This document shows positions 17,335 to 27,201 of a stretch of 64,000 nucleotides of DNA, piece after piece. The notes beneath the pieces were generated by a model. That model ran no database searches. It had not been told where the DNA came from and was given only the letters and a program-made list of their open reading frames with translations. The position numbers and the translations under genes are program-made. This DNA is from a bacterium (GTDB lineage Bacteria > Patescibacteriota > Microgenomatia > Woykebacterales > RBG-16-39-9b): positions 256,832 through 320,831 of the forward strand of contig JAUYID010000009.1 of NCBI GenBank assembly GCA_030704665.1. Reading direction: 5' to 3'. The first letter of the stretch is position 1. Each line of letters begins with the position of its first letter.

Positions 17335-19211
17335 AAAAAGATAAACTCGGTCCAGTCTTTGCTGAAAATATTGAGCAAGCGGAAAGAAAAAGCCGTTTGG
17401 TCGATAACGATCAACTCAAAGAGTCAATCGTTTGGGGGACAGAGAAAGAGAGCCTGTATACCAGTAAACAAATTTCTCCCTGGCGGGTTCTACCACTCTA
17501 TCTCTTTTTCCTCATTTCTTTTTTGGCTTTGAGCGCCAAAGCTTTCAGTTTACAAGTAATTCAAGGTGGAAGCTTTCTCAATGAGGCTGAAGGAAATCAC
17601 GTCCGGATTGTGACCACACACGCCCCTCGAGGAGCGATTCTTGACCGTAACGGAAAAATCCTGTCCCAATCCAAGCCGGGCTTTAGTGTGGTGATTGATC
17701 CCCAAAGCTGGCCAGAAAATTACTCAAAAGAAATAAAAGAGCTTGCTAAACTCTTAAAAGTGAGAGCGGGTCAAATCGAGAAAAAGATCAAAGCTAGCAA
17801 TGGTAGTGATTTGATCCAGATCAGAAGTAACATTGATCACGCCACTGCGATCAGTCTCCAAGCCCAAGAAGAAAAGTTCCCTGGCGTCCTGGTGGAGATT
17901 AACCCGCTGCGTGAGTATCTTTCCCCCAAAATCTTTTCTCCGATCATTGGCTATACCTCTGAGACTTCAGAAGAGGACCTAAAAGATCTCAGCAAAGCCT
18001 ATCAACCGGGCGACAAGGTGGGTAGAGTTGGGGCCGAGGCGGCATTTGAGGACAGGTTGCGAGGCGCCAATGGCTACGATTTGATTCGCGTTGACGCTGG
18101 CGGGAAGCGAGCCGGAACTTTGGTCCACACTGAGGCGGTTTCCGGAAACGACATTACTTTGAGTATTGATTCAGACTTACAAAAATTTATCTACGAGCGG
18201 GTCAAGAACGCCATGAAAGTTTCCAAAGGTAAATCGGCAGCAGTAGTAGCAATGAATCCAAAAACTGGAGAAATCTTGTCCATGGTTTCTTTCCCCAGCT
18301 TCGACAACAATCTCTTTGCCAAGGGTTTAACCCAGAACGAGTTTACTCGGCTCTTTAACGATCCGAACTTTCCTTTGCTCAACCGCGCACTGAGTTCTGG
18401 TTTTCCACCAGGGTCAACCTTTAAATTGGTCATGGCGGCGGCTGGATTGGAGACTGGGACAGTGAGCCCGGAAACAAAGTTTGTTGACACCGGCTTTCTC
18501 CGGCTAGGAACAATTACTTTTCAGAACTGGCTTTGGCGCGAAAAACACCGGACAGATGGGACAATCAACATTACTAGAGCCTTGGCCCGCTCCAACGACA
18601 TTTACTTCTTCCGTCTGGGGCAGAAACTTGGGGTTGATAATATTGACAAGTACGCTGCCCTTTTTGGACTCGGAGAAAAAACTGGAGTTGAACTGCCTGG
18701 TGAAGCAGCCGGTTTGATTCCGTCGCCGACCTGGAAGCAAGAAACGAAGGGTTTGCCGTGGTATCCAGGAGAAACCCTCAATGTCTCAATTGGTCAAGGA
18801 GATACTCTAGTTACTCCATTGCAGTTGGCAAGTGTGACTTCGGCGATTGCCAACGGTGGTAATTTGCTTCGTCCCACGATACTGCCTACCAAGACCGCTG
18901 ATTACCAAAGAAAAAATTTCCTCAAACCAAAAACTTTGGGAGTGATAGTAGACGGAATGATTGGTAATCAGAGAGGGGACGGGAATACTGGTTATTTGTT
19001 CCACAACTTTCCTATTCCTACGGCTGGGAAAACTGGGAGTGCTGAAACTGGGCTGGCCAAGAAGATCGATGGTTGGTACACTGTCTTTGCACCGGTGAAA
19101 AACCCAGAGATTGTCATTACTACTTTAGTGGAAAGGGGCAATGCTCACGGAGGAGAAATTTGGGGACCAGAGGTTAAAAAAATTCTGCAGTGGTGGTTTG
19201 AGCACCGTTGA
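17331..19211 (+). CDS. mrdA: Penicillin-binding protein 2
   Basis: APRGAILDRNG, PGSTFK (SxxK), SND (SxD), GKTGSAE. Confidence 0.95.
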   Translation: MKKDKLGPVFAENIEQAERKSRLVDNDQLKESIVWGTEKESLYTSKQISPWRVLPLYLFFLISFLALSAKAFSLQVIQGGSFLNEAEGNHVRIVTTHAPRGAILDRNGKILSQSKPGFSVVIDPQSWPENYSKEIKELAKLLKVRAGQIEKKIKASNGSDLIQIRSNIDHATAISLQAQEEKFPGVLVEINPLREYLSPKIFSPIIGYTSETSEEDLKDLSKAYQPGDKVGRVGAEAAFEDRLRGANGYDLIRVDAGGKRAGTLVHTEAVSGNDITLSIDSDLQKFIYERVKNAMKVSKGKSAAVVAMNPKTGEILSMVSFPSFDNNLFAKGLTQNEFTRLFNDPNFPLLNRALSSGFPPGSTFKLVMAAAGLETGTVSPETKFVDTGFLRLGTITFQNWLWREKHRTDGTINITRALARSNDIYFFRLGQKLGVDNIDKYAALFGLGEKTGVELPGEAAGLIPSPTWKQETKGLPWYPGETLNVSIGQGDTLVTPLQLASVTSAIANGGNLLRPTILPTKTADYQRKNFLKPKTLGVIVDGMIGNQRGDGNTGYLFHNFPIPTAGKTGSAETGLAKKIDGWYTVFAPVKNPEIVITTLVERGNAHGGEIWGPEVKKILQWWFEHR

Positions 19212-19714
19212 AAAAGATTAAAATAAATTTAAGACAAATGGGACAAGAATGGACAGTTGAAAAGCATCTCGGTCTTGGACAAGCTCTGATTGTTTTTCTC
19301 GTTCCCATCTTCTTCTTTATTATCACTCTGATGAATTTTTATTTTCTCAGCCCCAGTACAGAACTTTTCTTGCGCTTGCTGCCTTTGATTTTTGCGATCG
19401 TTGCCTTTTTTTGTTTTCTGAGAGTGGTCAGAACCTTGCGAGATTACCCCGAAATTCAACATTTTAAAATCAACGAAGAGGGGATCAGCCTACAATTGCC
19501 GGAAAAGGGAAACCAAGAGAGAACTCTTTCTTGGCCGGAAATGCGCGAATACGATGTTCTCGAAAGCTCAAGAAGTGGGATAAATCGAATTCAAATCAAG
19601 ACTAGTCATGAAGATGAAAGTCTCGAGGTTGTTGCTCCAAGCGCAGAAATGAACAGCCTTATTGCTATCCTCGGTACCAAAGAGATAACATTTGGTTATG
19701 TCCGCTCTCGATGA
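19208..19714 (+). CDS. Two-TM membrane protein with probable PH-like domain
   Basis: Overlaps mrdA and dprA; FKINEEGI...LSWPEM pattern. Confidence 0.6.
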   Translation: MKKIKINLRQMGQEWTVEKHLGLGQALIVFLVPIFFFIITLMNFYFLSPSTELFLRLLPLIFAIVAFFCFLRVVRTLRDYPEIQHFKINEEGISLQLPEKGNQERTLSWPEMREYDVLESSRSGINRIQIKTSHEDESLEVVAPSAEMNSLIAILGTKEITFGYVRSR

Positions 19715-20795
19715 TAGAAAGCTAGCTTTTTTCCTTGCTTTGTATTCGATCCCAGGAATTGGACCCGCTCGTTTTCACCTTCTCCTCAAACACTTCAAGG
19801 ATCCAGAAGAAGTCTGGAATCTTCCCAGGCAAACTTTAGAAAAAATTCTCAAATCCAAACTTGCCAGCCAATTTTTGCAGAGTAGAGAACAGACGGACCC
19901 GGCAAAGCTGTTGGAGGAGGTTAAAAGCAGGGGAATACAGATAGTTACAGTTGAAGATAAAACTTACCCAAAACTGCTAAAACAAATACATGATTGTCCG
20001 CCGATTTTGTTTGTGCGTGGCTCGCTGGAAAACCTAGGAAAAACACTTGCAGTGGTTGGTAGTAGAAACCCAACTTCCTACGGCCGAGAAGTTACAGAAA
20101 TCTTGGTGAAAGGCTTGGTAAGGGAAGGGTTCACCATTGTTTCTGGTTTAGCTCGTGGTGTGGATTCGTTGGCAGCACAGACAGCTCTGGAGGTAGGAGG
20201 AAAAACTGTAGCAGTTTTGGGTGGGGGTCTGAGTCGAATTTACCCACCAGAAAACCTTCCTTTAGCAAAAAGAATTTTAGAAAAAGGCGCGGTTGTTTCG
20301 GAATACTTTCCAGAGGTACCCTCGGTTCCTGGAAATTTTCCCGCCCGTAATCGGATTATCTCAGGCTTATCTTTGGGGGTACTAGTTACCGAGGCGGGTG
20401 CAGTTTCAGGCACCTTAATTACCGCTGGTTTTGCAGTTGAGCAGAATCGAGAAGTCTTTGCTGTACCAGGGCCGATTTACTCCAAACTAGCTGCCGGTCC
20501 GGCCGAGCTGATTAAACAAGGCGCCAAACTCGTCATGAGTGTTGGGGATATTCTCGAGGAGCTGAAAATGAATTCAGAATCGAGAATGCAGAATGTACAG
20601 GAGAGGGAAATTAAAGCTGACACGAAAGAGGAGCAAGCGATTCTTGATTTGTTGGAAGATGAGGTCGTCCATATTGACGAAATCACCAGAAGAACCTCCT
20701 TCCACTCTGCGAAAATTTCTTCTTTGCTTACAACCATGGAACTTCAGGGTAAGGTTAAGTCGTTGGGGAATGGGAACTACGCACGGAACCATTGA
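19698..20795 (+). CDS. dprA: DNA-processing protein DprA
   Basis: AVVGSR, IVSGLARGVD, NFPARNRIISGLS; C-terminal wHTH. Confidence 0.97.
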   Translation: MSALDDRKLAFFLALYSIPGIGPARFHLLLKHFKDPEEVWNLPRQTLEKILKSKLASQFLQSREQTDPAKLLEEVKSRGIQIVTVEDKTYPKLLKQIHDCPPILFVRGSLENLGKTLAVVGSRNPTSYGREVTEILVKGLVREGFTIVSGLARGVDSLAAQTALEVGGKTVAVLGGGLSRIYPPENLPLAKRILEKGAVVSEYFPEVPSVPGNFPARNRIISGLSLGVLVTEAGAVSGTLITAGFAVEQNREVFAVPGPIYSKLAAGPAELIKQGAKLVMSVGDILEELKMNSESRMQNVQEREIKADTKEEQAILDLLEDEVVHIDEITRRTSFHSAKISSLLTTMELQGKVKSLGNGNYARNH

Positions 20796-20839
20796 GAAGG
20801 GCCCGCAAAACCGACCCTTTACAAGTTTTGATATAGTTA

Positions 20840-22834
20840 ATGGCGATGTCCAAAAGTCTGATTATTGTTGAATCACCTACGAAGGCACGAACTCTCGGCA
20901 GGTTTCTCGGAGAAGATTTTCAAATAGAAGCCTCGATGGGTCACATCCGCGATTTGCCGAAAAGTAAAATTGGAGTTGAGGTCGAAAAGAACTTCGAGCC
21001 GACCTATATCATTCCTACGGACAAACGCAAAACCGTTGAACATCTAAAAGATCTGACCGCGAAAGCTGCCAATATTATTCTCGCCACTGACCCAGATCGT
21101 GAAGGAGAGGCAATTGCCTGGCATCTGTCCGAAATCATCCGAGAACAAAAGAAAGACGGCAAAGATTTCCAAAGAATTGTTTTCCACGAAATCACCAAAG
21201 AAGCAGTCGAGCAGGCGCTGACAAGCCCTAGAAGCATTGATCAGGCGCTTGTCGATGCTCAACAAGCCCGTCGCGTCTTGGACCGTCTGGTGGGTTATAA
21301 ACTCTCACCAATTCTTTGGTTTAAGGTCAAAAAAGGACTCTCCGCTGGTCGAGTTCAATCAGTAGCAGTTCGGCTGATCGTTGACCGCGAGCGAGAAATA
21401 GACGTCTTCAAGCCAGTTGAGTATTGGAGCATTGATGCTCTTTTCAAAAAAGGCAAAGATGAGTTTGAAGCAGCCCTAACTGAAAAAGACGGCAAAAAAC
21501 TCTCTATCAACAACCAAAAAGACGCAGCTGAAGTGGTTAAAGGTTTGGAAGGAGCAGAGTACAAAGTCAACAATGTTACCCAGAAAGAACTGAAGAAATC
21601 TTCTTACCCGCCTTTCACAACTTCAACCTTGACTCAGACGGCGGCCAACCGCTTGCGCTTTACTTCGAAAAAAACGATGAAGCTAGCTCAAGATCTTTAT
21701 GAAGAGGGTTTGATCACTTATCACCGTACTGACTCAGTAAATCTTGCCCAAATCGCCCTGACCCAAACCAGAAAATACGTGGAAAAAAATATCGGTAAGG
21801 AATATTTACCCGACAAAGCAAGGATTTTCAAAACCACTTCCAAGTCAGCCCAAGAAGCCCATGAGGCGATCCGTCCGACCCAAGCAGACAAAGTCCCGGA
21901 CTCACTAAAAAATGATCTTGATCGTGACCACTTGCGGCTTTACGAATTGATCTGGCAGCGAATGGTTGCTAGCCAGATGCGAGAAGCCATTTACGACCAA
22001 ATCGCTCTTGATATCAAGGGAAACGCCTACACCTTCCGTGCCAACGGAGCGATGATCAAATTCGCCGGTTGGTTAAAAATTTACGGCCGAGAAGAGGGCG
22101 ATCAACTCGATGAACGCTTCGTTCCTTTACTTAAAATCGGCGATAGTGTTGATCTCAAAGCCCTGCGGCCAAACCAGCATTTTACTGAGCCACCACCACG
22201 CTACACTGAGGCTTCACTGATCAAAGCTCTGGAAGAAAAGGGTATTGGGCGGCCGAGTACTTACGCGCCGATCATTTCTACTATTCAAGACCGTAATTAT
22301 GTTGAACTTCTTGAAAGAAAGTTTAAACCAACCCCCCTTGGCACGGCCGTGACGGACTTTCTAGTCAAAAATTTTGCCCAAGAGGTAGACTATCAATTTA
22401 CTGCAGAAATGGAAGATAAGCTTGACCAGGTTGCGGAAGGAAAAGAAAAGTGGCAAGAGATGATCAGGGCTTTTTGGCAGCCTTTTGAAAAACATCTTGA
22501 AGTTGTCGCCGAAAAAGCGGCTCGAGTCAAAGTTGAAGCTGAGACTGTGGATGAGATGTGCCCAGAGGGTCATCAACTCGTCATTCGCTACGGAAGATTC
22601 GGCAAATTCCTTGCCTGTGAAAAATTCCCTGATCACAAATTTACTAAAACCTTTGAAGAGAAAGTCGACGCCCTCTGTCCTGAGTCAGGCGATCCAGTGG
22701 TTATAAAAAGAACCAAACGCGGCCGACCGTTCTTTGGTTGCAGCGGATATCCAAAGTGTAAATGGATGAGCTGGACCAAGCCGGAAACAACCCCACCAGT
22801 TGACGAAGTGACAGCTCCCGCTGCCGAAGCCTAA
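20840..22834 (+). CDS. topA: DNA topoisomerase I
   Basis: IVESPTKA, ATDPDREGE, SAGRVQS, LITYHRTDS; C-terminal zinc ribbons. Confidence 0.98.
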   Translation: MAMSKSLIIVESPTKARTLGRFLGEDFQIEASMGHIRDLPKSKIGVEVEKNFEPTYIIPTDKRKTVEHLKDLTAKAANIILATDPDREGEAIAWHLSEIIREQKKDGKDFQRIVFHEITKEAVEQALTSPRSIDQALVDAQQARRVLDRLVGYKLSPILWFKVKKGLSAGRVQSVAVRLIVDREREIDVFKPVEYWSIDALFKKGKDEFEAALTEKDGKKLSINNQKDAAEVVKGLEGAEYKVNNVTQKELKKSSYPPFTTSTLTQTAANRLRFTSKKTMKLAQDLYEEGLITYHRTDSVNLAQIALTQTRKYVEKNIGKEYLPDKARIFKTTSKSAQEAHEAIRPTQADKVPDSLKNDLDRDHLRLYELIWQRMVASQMREAIYDQIALDIKGNAYTFRANGAMIKFAGWLKIYGREEGDQLDERFVPLLKIGDSVDLKALRPNQHFTEPPPRYTEASLIKALEEKGIGRPSTYAPIISTIQDRNYVELLERKFKPTPLGTAVTDFLVKNFAQEVDYQFTAEMEDKLDQVAEGKEKWQEMIRAFWQPFEKHLEVVAEKAARVKVEAETVDEMCPEGHQLVIRYGRFGKFLACEKFPDHKFTKTFEEKVDALCPESGDPVVIKRTKRGRPFFGCSGYPKCKWMSWTKPETTPPVDEVTAPAAEA

Positions 22835-23050
22835 AATTTAACCCCAAGTGCTATAATCCGTCAGGAATATGTCCTGACGTCATGTATCCTTGCAGGATAT
22901 AATTCCTCCAAGAAAATCAATAAGGAGAGTGTGCGATGAGTAGCCGTCTGATCTCTGACTCTTATTTCACTGCCTATCAACTTCTGAACTCAGCCTTGTC
23001 GGATAGTGGCCCGCTCTTGATCGAGATTGAACCGCTGGTGGAGGAGTGAG

Positions 23051-23512
23051 ATGAGGACCCACATTGCTTCTATGAATGAAGTTAGGGACTGGGTGAGCCA
23101 GTCGAAATCCGAGACTGTCGACTACATGTTTGCTAGTCACATTTTGCTCTGGTGCGATGAGGCAGTAGTTGCCAAGAGGGCGGGAAGAATCGTTGGTTTG
23201 GCCCTAATCTCTCCTGGATACTGGGAAAGGCGAGATCCAGAGATCGCTGCTCTCTACGTAGAACCGGAGTTTCGGAGCCGTGGTCTTGGGACGAAACTTG
23301 TCAGAGACGCAGTGAGACGCTGTCTGAAGCGTGGTCTTGTTCCAGTGCTTGTTCAACTACGCTCAGCCCGTTCACGAAGTATCGTTGAGGCTCTGCCTGA
23401 GAAACTGCTTCGAGCGGTTGAAGCTTTGGATTTGGTCGAGGGGGAGGATTACGACGAAATGGCAGAGCGGGAAGAAGCGGAGATAGGTCTGCAGATGGTG
23501 GTGGGAGTATGA
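23051..23512 (+). CDS. GNAT-family N-acetyltransferase
   Basis: LYVEPEFRSRGLGTKLV acetyl-CoA motif; SD GGAGGAG before ATG 23051. Confidence 0.8.
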   Translation: MRTHIASMNEVRDWVSQSKSETVDYMFASHILLWCDEAVVAKRAGRIVGLALISPGYWERRDPEIAALYVEPEFRSRGLGTKLVRDAVRRCLKRGLVPVLVQLRSARSRSIVEALPEKLLRAVEALDLVEGEDYDEMAEREEAEIGLQMVVGV

Positions 23513-23542
23513 AGCCTTTCAAGCTCTCGCCACCGGACCTTG

Positions 23543-23989
23543 TTAATTTGATGTGTTGGCCTCGACTTTGATTTTGGTTTTGACCGAAGATTTATTTGAA
23601 TAGGAACTAGCACCGTCATTTGAGTTCGAACTTGAACTTGATTGGCAGTCCACACTGACAGAGACATCCCCACTTGAGGCTTCGTCCACTTCAACTGAAT
23701 CAGAAGGAACCACCTGCGTCACTCCATTTTTCGTCACCGTACAAGTTCCAGAACCAGTTGAATTGCTTGAATCATCGTTATTTTGGTCGTCGGTGTCTGC
23801 TGAGGTAGCTCCAGAAGCTGGTTTGGAAGAATCGGTTGCTTCTTTCGAGGATTGAGTAGCTGCCTTGTTGCCCAGCTTGGTCTCGTTGCTATTTTTGATC
23901 AACTGAGTTGAAAAAGCCGCTGCGATGAAAAGAAGAACAGCAGCAATGGTGATCGTGAGGCGCAGCCGATCGTTTCTTAAATTCCCCAT
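23543..23989 (-). CDS. Membrane-anchored Ser/Thr-rich exported protein
   Basis: N-terminal TM, low-complexity S/T/D region, Cys pair. Confidence 0.6.
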   Translation of the reverse strand: MGNLRNDRLRLTITIAAVLLFIAAAFSTQLIKNSNETKLGNKAATQSSKEATDSSKPASGATSADTDDQNNDDSSNSTGSGTCTVTKNGVTQVVPSDSVEVDEASSGDVSVSVDCQSSSSSNSNDGASSYSNKSSVKTKIKVEANTSN

Positions 23990-24097
23990 AGTGTTTGGCA
24001 TTATCCAACTTTGACCGGATCTTGTCAAAGGACAAGCGGGCTGGTGTTATAATGCTTGCTAGAAATACCTGTGGCGGGTAGTTCTTGGGGAGGAAAG

Positions 24098-24280
24098 ATG
24101 GCCAAGATAGATCCGCAGAGGACAGAGAAGATACGTTCCGCGGTTCGTTATTTGCTTGAGCATGGCGGAATGGTCAAGGGTGTTCAGACAAAGTTGGCTG
24201 AGCACTTCAAGACGAGCCGGCAAAGAGTCCACTAAATTACGGTGGAGGAAAGGAGAAGACAAAAAGCAAAGCAAAGCTAG
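24098..24280 (+). pseudogene. Small HTH protein interrupted by an in-frame TAA
   Basis: MAKIDPQRTEKIRSAVRYLLEHGGMVKGVQTKLAEHFKTSRQRVH*ITVEERRRQKAKQS; TAA at 24233 where Gln is expected (SRQRVHQI). Confidence 0.6.
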
Positions 24281-24318
24281 CCCAAAATCCTGGTGGTGGG
24301 GTTCTTAGGGGTTTTGGT

Positions 24319-24600
24319 ATGTGGATTCGACCAGTAATATTTCAGGCAAGACGTGCAGGATGTCAGGAGGTGAGAGAAGCAAAAAAGGGAATCCAGGCCA
24401 CCTTGCGGCGAATGGATAAGTGTGGAGCAGTTCCGCACAAGCGTTACCAAGCCTACATTGCTCACTTGTGTTACTGTCCACCCTGTCGTGAGGAGCTGAA
24501 GGTGGATGATTGGAAGTTCATACCACGACTCTGTGAGCATCGGACTGGGTTTGATTTTGGGAAAGTCTGCCTTCACCTAGTCAGACTGGTTGAGTCCTAA
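24319..24600 (+). CDS. Cys/His-rich hypothetical protein
   Basis: HLCYCPPC and other Cys; start uncertain. Confidence 0.45.
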   Translation: MWIRPVIFQARRAGCQEVREAKKGIQATLRRMDKCGAVPHKRYQAYIAHLCYCPPCREELKVDDWKFIPRLCEHRTGFDFGKVCLHLVRLVES

Positions 24601-24687
24601 GGTGGTTAGAGGAGGGGGAGCGATCAAACAGAACCTACCTGCCCATCCTCTAAAACTTTCAACTTATTAATTTACAAGTTTAGGATA

Positions 24688-24721
24688 CCAACAAAAATTC
24701 ACGATTGTGAAGTTTGTTCTA
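24688..24721 (-). repeat. 34-bp palindromic dispersed repeat, copy E
   Basis: Reverse complement TAGAACAAACTTCACAATCGTGAATTTTTGTTGG. Confidence 0.85.
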
Positions 24722-24737
24722 GCCAAACTCTTCGTTT

Positions 24738-24830
24738 GTCACTCTGAACCTGCCTTGTCGGCAGGCAGGTGAAGAGTCTCGAGTGTGGGTTGGTGAAGAC
24801 CCTGAGATCCTTCGCTTTGCTCAGGATGAC
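24738..24830. repeat. GTCA...TGAC palindromic miniature repeat with nested CCTGCC...GGCAGG hairpin
   Basis: GTCACTCTGAA...GTGAAGAGTCT...GAGATCCTTCGCTTTGCTCAGGATGAC. Confidence 0.8.
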
Positions 24831-24930
24831 ATTGAAATAGGTTAATTGAAAGGGGGAACGGCTCGATCCTCGGGGTGAGAACAGAGCCGTTCAGTGCGGT
24901 GCGCGGTGTTGATCTAGCAAGACTTGTGCC

Positions 24931-25182
24931 TCATGCATGGGAGGTTCGGGAGAGCGTTTGAGCGGCAACACTCTTCAAAACCTCCGTAACTTCCTCGAGG
25001 GGGAGTTTTCCTTCGGTTCGGGTAGCCCTGGTGATGATGTCCCGGAGAGCTTCGGTGCGGTGCTTGAAAGCAATCACCTCACCGTCGTCTTGACTTTCGC
25101 GACGGTAGAGCCTCCAAACTGCCTTGGCATCCTCCTGGACACGCACCAGAGTCCAGTCCCTTGGCAAACATAGGGTAGTCAT
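24931..25182 (-). CDS. Hypothetical protein (orphan)
   Basis: Strong SD AAAGGAGGTGATC. Confidence 0.6.
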   Translation of the reverse strand: MTTLCLPRDWTLVRVQEDAKAVWRLYRRESQDDGEVIAFKHRTEALRDIITRATRTEGKLPLEEVTEVLKSVAAQTLSRTSHA

Positions 25183-25354
25183 GCCTGATCACCTCCTTTC
25201 TTTCCCGTCTCGCCCTTCCGGCGGATTTGCGCACTTGAGAGTCAATTAACACAAATTAAAATTACAAACAACAACCAAGCTGGCCAGGCAAGCACTTGAT
25301 ACACTTTGACCGACTTGTTCGAGTTACTTTCTTTCGGCTATATTAAAAAGGCAA

Positions 25355-25464
25355 AGGAGGTCCCACCTCTTCTGATTGGTTACTCAAGGCCAGATTAAAA
25401 CAACAGGCCTTCCTATTTAAGACACTAATCAGATTTAAACAATGTGAAAGGTGGGGGCCGTCCT
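25355..25464 (+). promoter_or_regulatory. Structured 5' leader of the dcd-thyA operon
   Basis: Nested stems 25355-68/25449-64, 25371-80/25424-33 and 25386-91/25406-11, between a TATATT -10 and ATG 25471. Confidence 0.55.
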
Positions 25465-25470
25465 CTCTTT

Positions 25471-26088
25471 ATGATTCTTTCTGACCGAGACATTCGTCTC
25501 CACCTCAAGAGCGGGAAAATCCGCATTGATCCAGCTCCAATTCTTGAAGAACAGCTTGGTAGCTGCTCAATTGACTTGCATTTGGGCAATACTTTCAAAA
25601 TCTTTAACCATTCCAAATACCCGTATATTGACCCAAGGAACCCATCGATTTCCAAAGAACTGATGAAAGAGATCTCTGTTCCTGGTAGCGAAGCCTTCAT
25701 CATGCGGCCAGGGGAGTTTTGTCTGGCAATTACCGAGGAATCAATTGCTTTGGCTGATGACTTGCTTGGTCGACTCGAAGGACGAAGTAGTTTGGGAAGA
25801 CTGGGAATCATTGTTCACTCCACGGCGGCTCGGGTCGATCCGGGTTGGGAAGGAAAAATAGTCATGGAACTCGGAAACATTGGCGTCATGCCAGTGGCTC
25901 TTTATCCCGGGATGCGGATTTGCTCACTGACCTTTGAGCAGGTTTCGACTGTGGTGGACAACCCTTACGCGAAGAGAAAGAGCTCAAAGTATGTCAATCA
26001 AGATGCACCTTTGGCTTCAAAGTTGAGTGATGAAATGAGTGTCGAGCCTAGGTACGTCAAACACGGAAAAAAAGCGGTGCGAATTTAG
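25471..26088 (+). CDS. dcd: dCTP deaminase
   Basis: MILSDRDI, SIDLHLG, EGRSSLGRLG, RVDPGWEGKIVMELGN (catalytic Arg and Glu present). Confidence 0.95.
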   Translation: MILSDRDIRLHLKSGKIRIDPAPILEEQLGSCSIDLHLGNTFKIFNHSKYPYIDPRNPSISKELMKEISVPGSEAFIMRPGEFCLAITEESIALADDLLGRLEGRSSLGRLGIIVHSTAARVDPGWEGKIVMELGNIGVMPVALYPGMRICSLTFEQVSTVVDNPYAKRKSSKYVNQDAPLASKLSDEMSVEPRYVKHGKKAVRI

Positions 26089-26106
26089 AATGCAGAATGA
26101 GGAATT

Positions 26107-26167
26107 GTCATCCTGAGCACTTAGCGAAGGATCTATTGAGATTCTTCGGCTTCGCCTCAAGAATGAC
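26107..26167. repeat. GTCA...TGAC palindromic miniature repeat between the two dcd genes
   Basis: GTCATCCTGAGCACTTAGCGAAGGATCT...GAGATTCTTCGGCTTCGCCTCAAGAATGAC. Confidence 0.85.
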
Positions 26168-26176
26168 AAAATAAAC

Positions 26177-26677
26177 ATGATACTCTCAAAGCAAACGATA
26201 CAAAAATTACTTAAGGAAAAGAAAATTAAGATCAACCCTTTCTCAGAGGCTGATCTTGGAGCAGTCAGCATTGACCTTCATCTTGGTGCTGAGGGGTTGA
26301 ACCCCGACAGTGGTAAAGAAGTTGATTTAAATGACTACCACCTTTCCTTGGATGAGTTTCTTCTCGCGAACACACAAGAATATGTCGCCCTTCCGGACAA
26401 TATTGTTGCTCGGGTAGTTCCGCGGAGTTCTTTGGCTCGACTTGGAGTGCTCGCAACTTTTGATGCCGATATTTTGCCCCCAAACTATTCGGGAAAACCC
26501 TTGTTAACCTTGAAAAACCTTTCCAAAAAACCAATTTTACTGAAAGCTGGTCTGGCGGTGGCTCAAATCATGTTTGAGCAAGTCGATGCTCCAGTCGAGG
26601 GTTACGCGAGCCGTTACAACCACGAAAAGCCAGAAGAAAGCAAACTTTGTGAAGAGATGGTGGAGGAGAAAAACTGA
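26177..26677 (+). CDS. dCTP deaminase/dUTPase-fold paralog, catalytically degenerate
   Basis: SIDLHLG and RSSLARLG kept, but DPG is LPP and ME is LT. Confidence 0.85.
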   Translation: MILSKQTIQKLLKEKKIKINPFSEADLGAVSIDLHLGAEGLNPDSGKEVDLNDYHLSLDEFLLANTQEYVALPDNIVARVVPRSSLARLGVLATFDADILPPNYSGKPLLTLKNLSKKPILLKAGLAVAQIMFEQVDAPVEGYASRYNHEKPEESKLCEEMVEEKN

Positions 26678-27201
26678 TGGCTGCCTTTGAATTTCGCTTG
26701 CAATTTCAAGATCCAGAAAAAGCAAAGGCAAGCGTTTCCCAAAAGAGTAAAGTTGTCGAGGAATACGAGATGAAAGAGAGTTTTTTTCAGCCAAAAGACG
26801 CCGGCTGGAAATTTAACGAGCAAAATATGCGCCTGCGTCAGTTTAAGGATGGACGAATTCAGCTTATTTATCGAAAAAACGCTTGGCAGGGGCAAATCAA
26901 GGAAGAAATCATTCAGTTGCGAGCAGATTTGAGAAGCCTTGCGCAAGGAGAGGAATCTTTGCAAGACTGGGGTTTTGTACCGATTATAAGCTATCAGAAA
27001 ATCGGTCAGCGTTTTGAACTGGCAAGCGGCAGCGGTTTTGTTTGGGAAGAAATTGAGCATTTGGGCTCTTCGGTTGAGATCGAAGGGGAGAATGAAGAGG
27101 AAGCAAAGAAAATTCTCGAAGACGGGTTTTCCGGGATTGAATACAAGCTAATTTCGAAAACAGTTCCAGAGATGGTAATGGAGAAAATCAATGGCAACTA
27201 G
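26677..27201 (+). CDS. CYTH-domain (triphosphate tunnel) protein, divergent
   Basis: MRLRQF...LIYRK, GFVPIISYQK, EIEHLGSSVEIEG; N-terminal ExExK motif degenerate (AFEFR). Confidence 0.75.
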   Translation: MAAFEFRLQFQDPEKAKASVSQKSKVVEEYEMKESFFQPKDAGWKFNEQNMRLRQFKDGRIQLIYRKNAWQGQIKEEIIQLRADLRSLAQGEESLQDWGFVPIISYQKIGQRFELASGSGFVWEEIEHLGSSVEIEGENEEEAKKILEDGFSGIEYKLISKTVPEMVMEKINGN

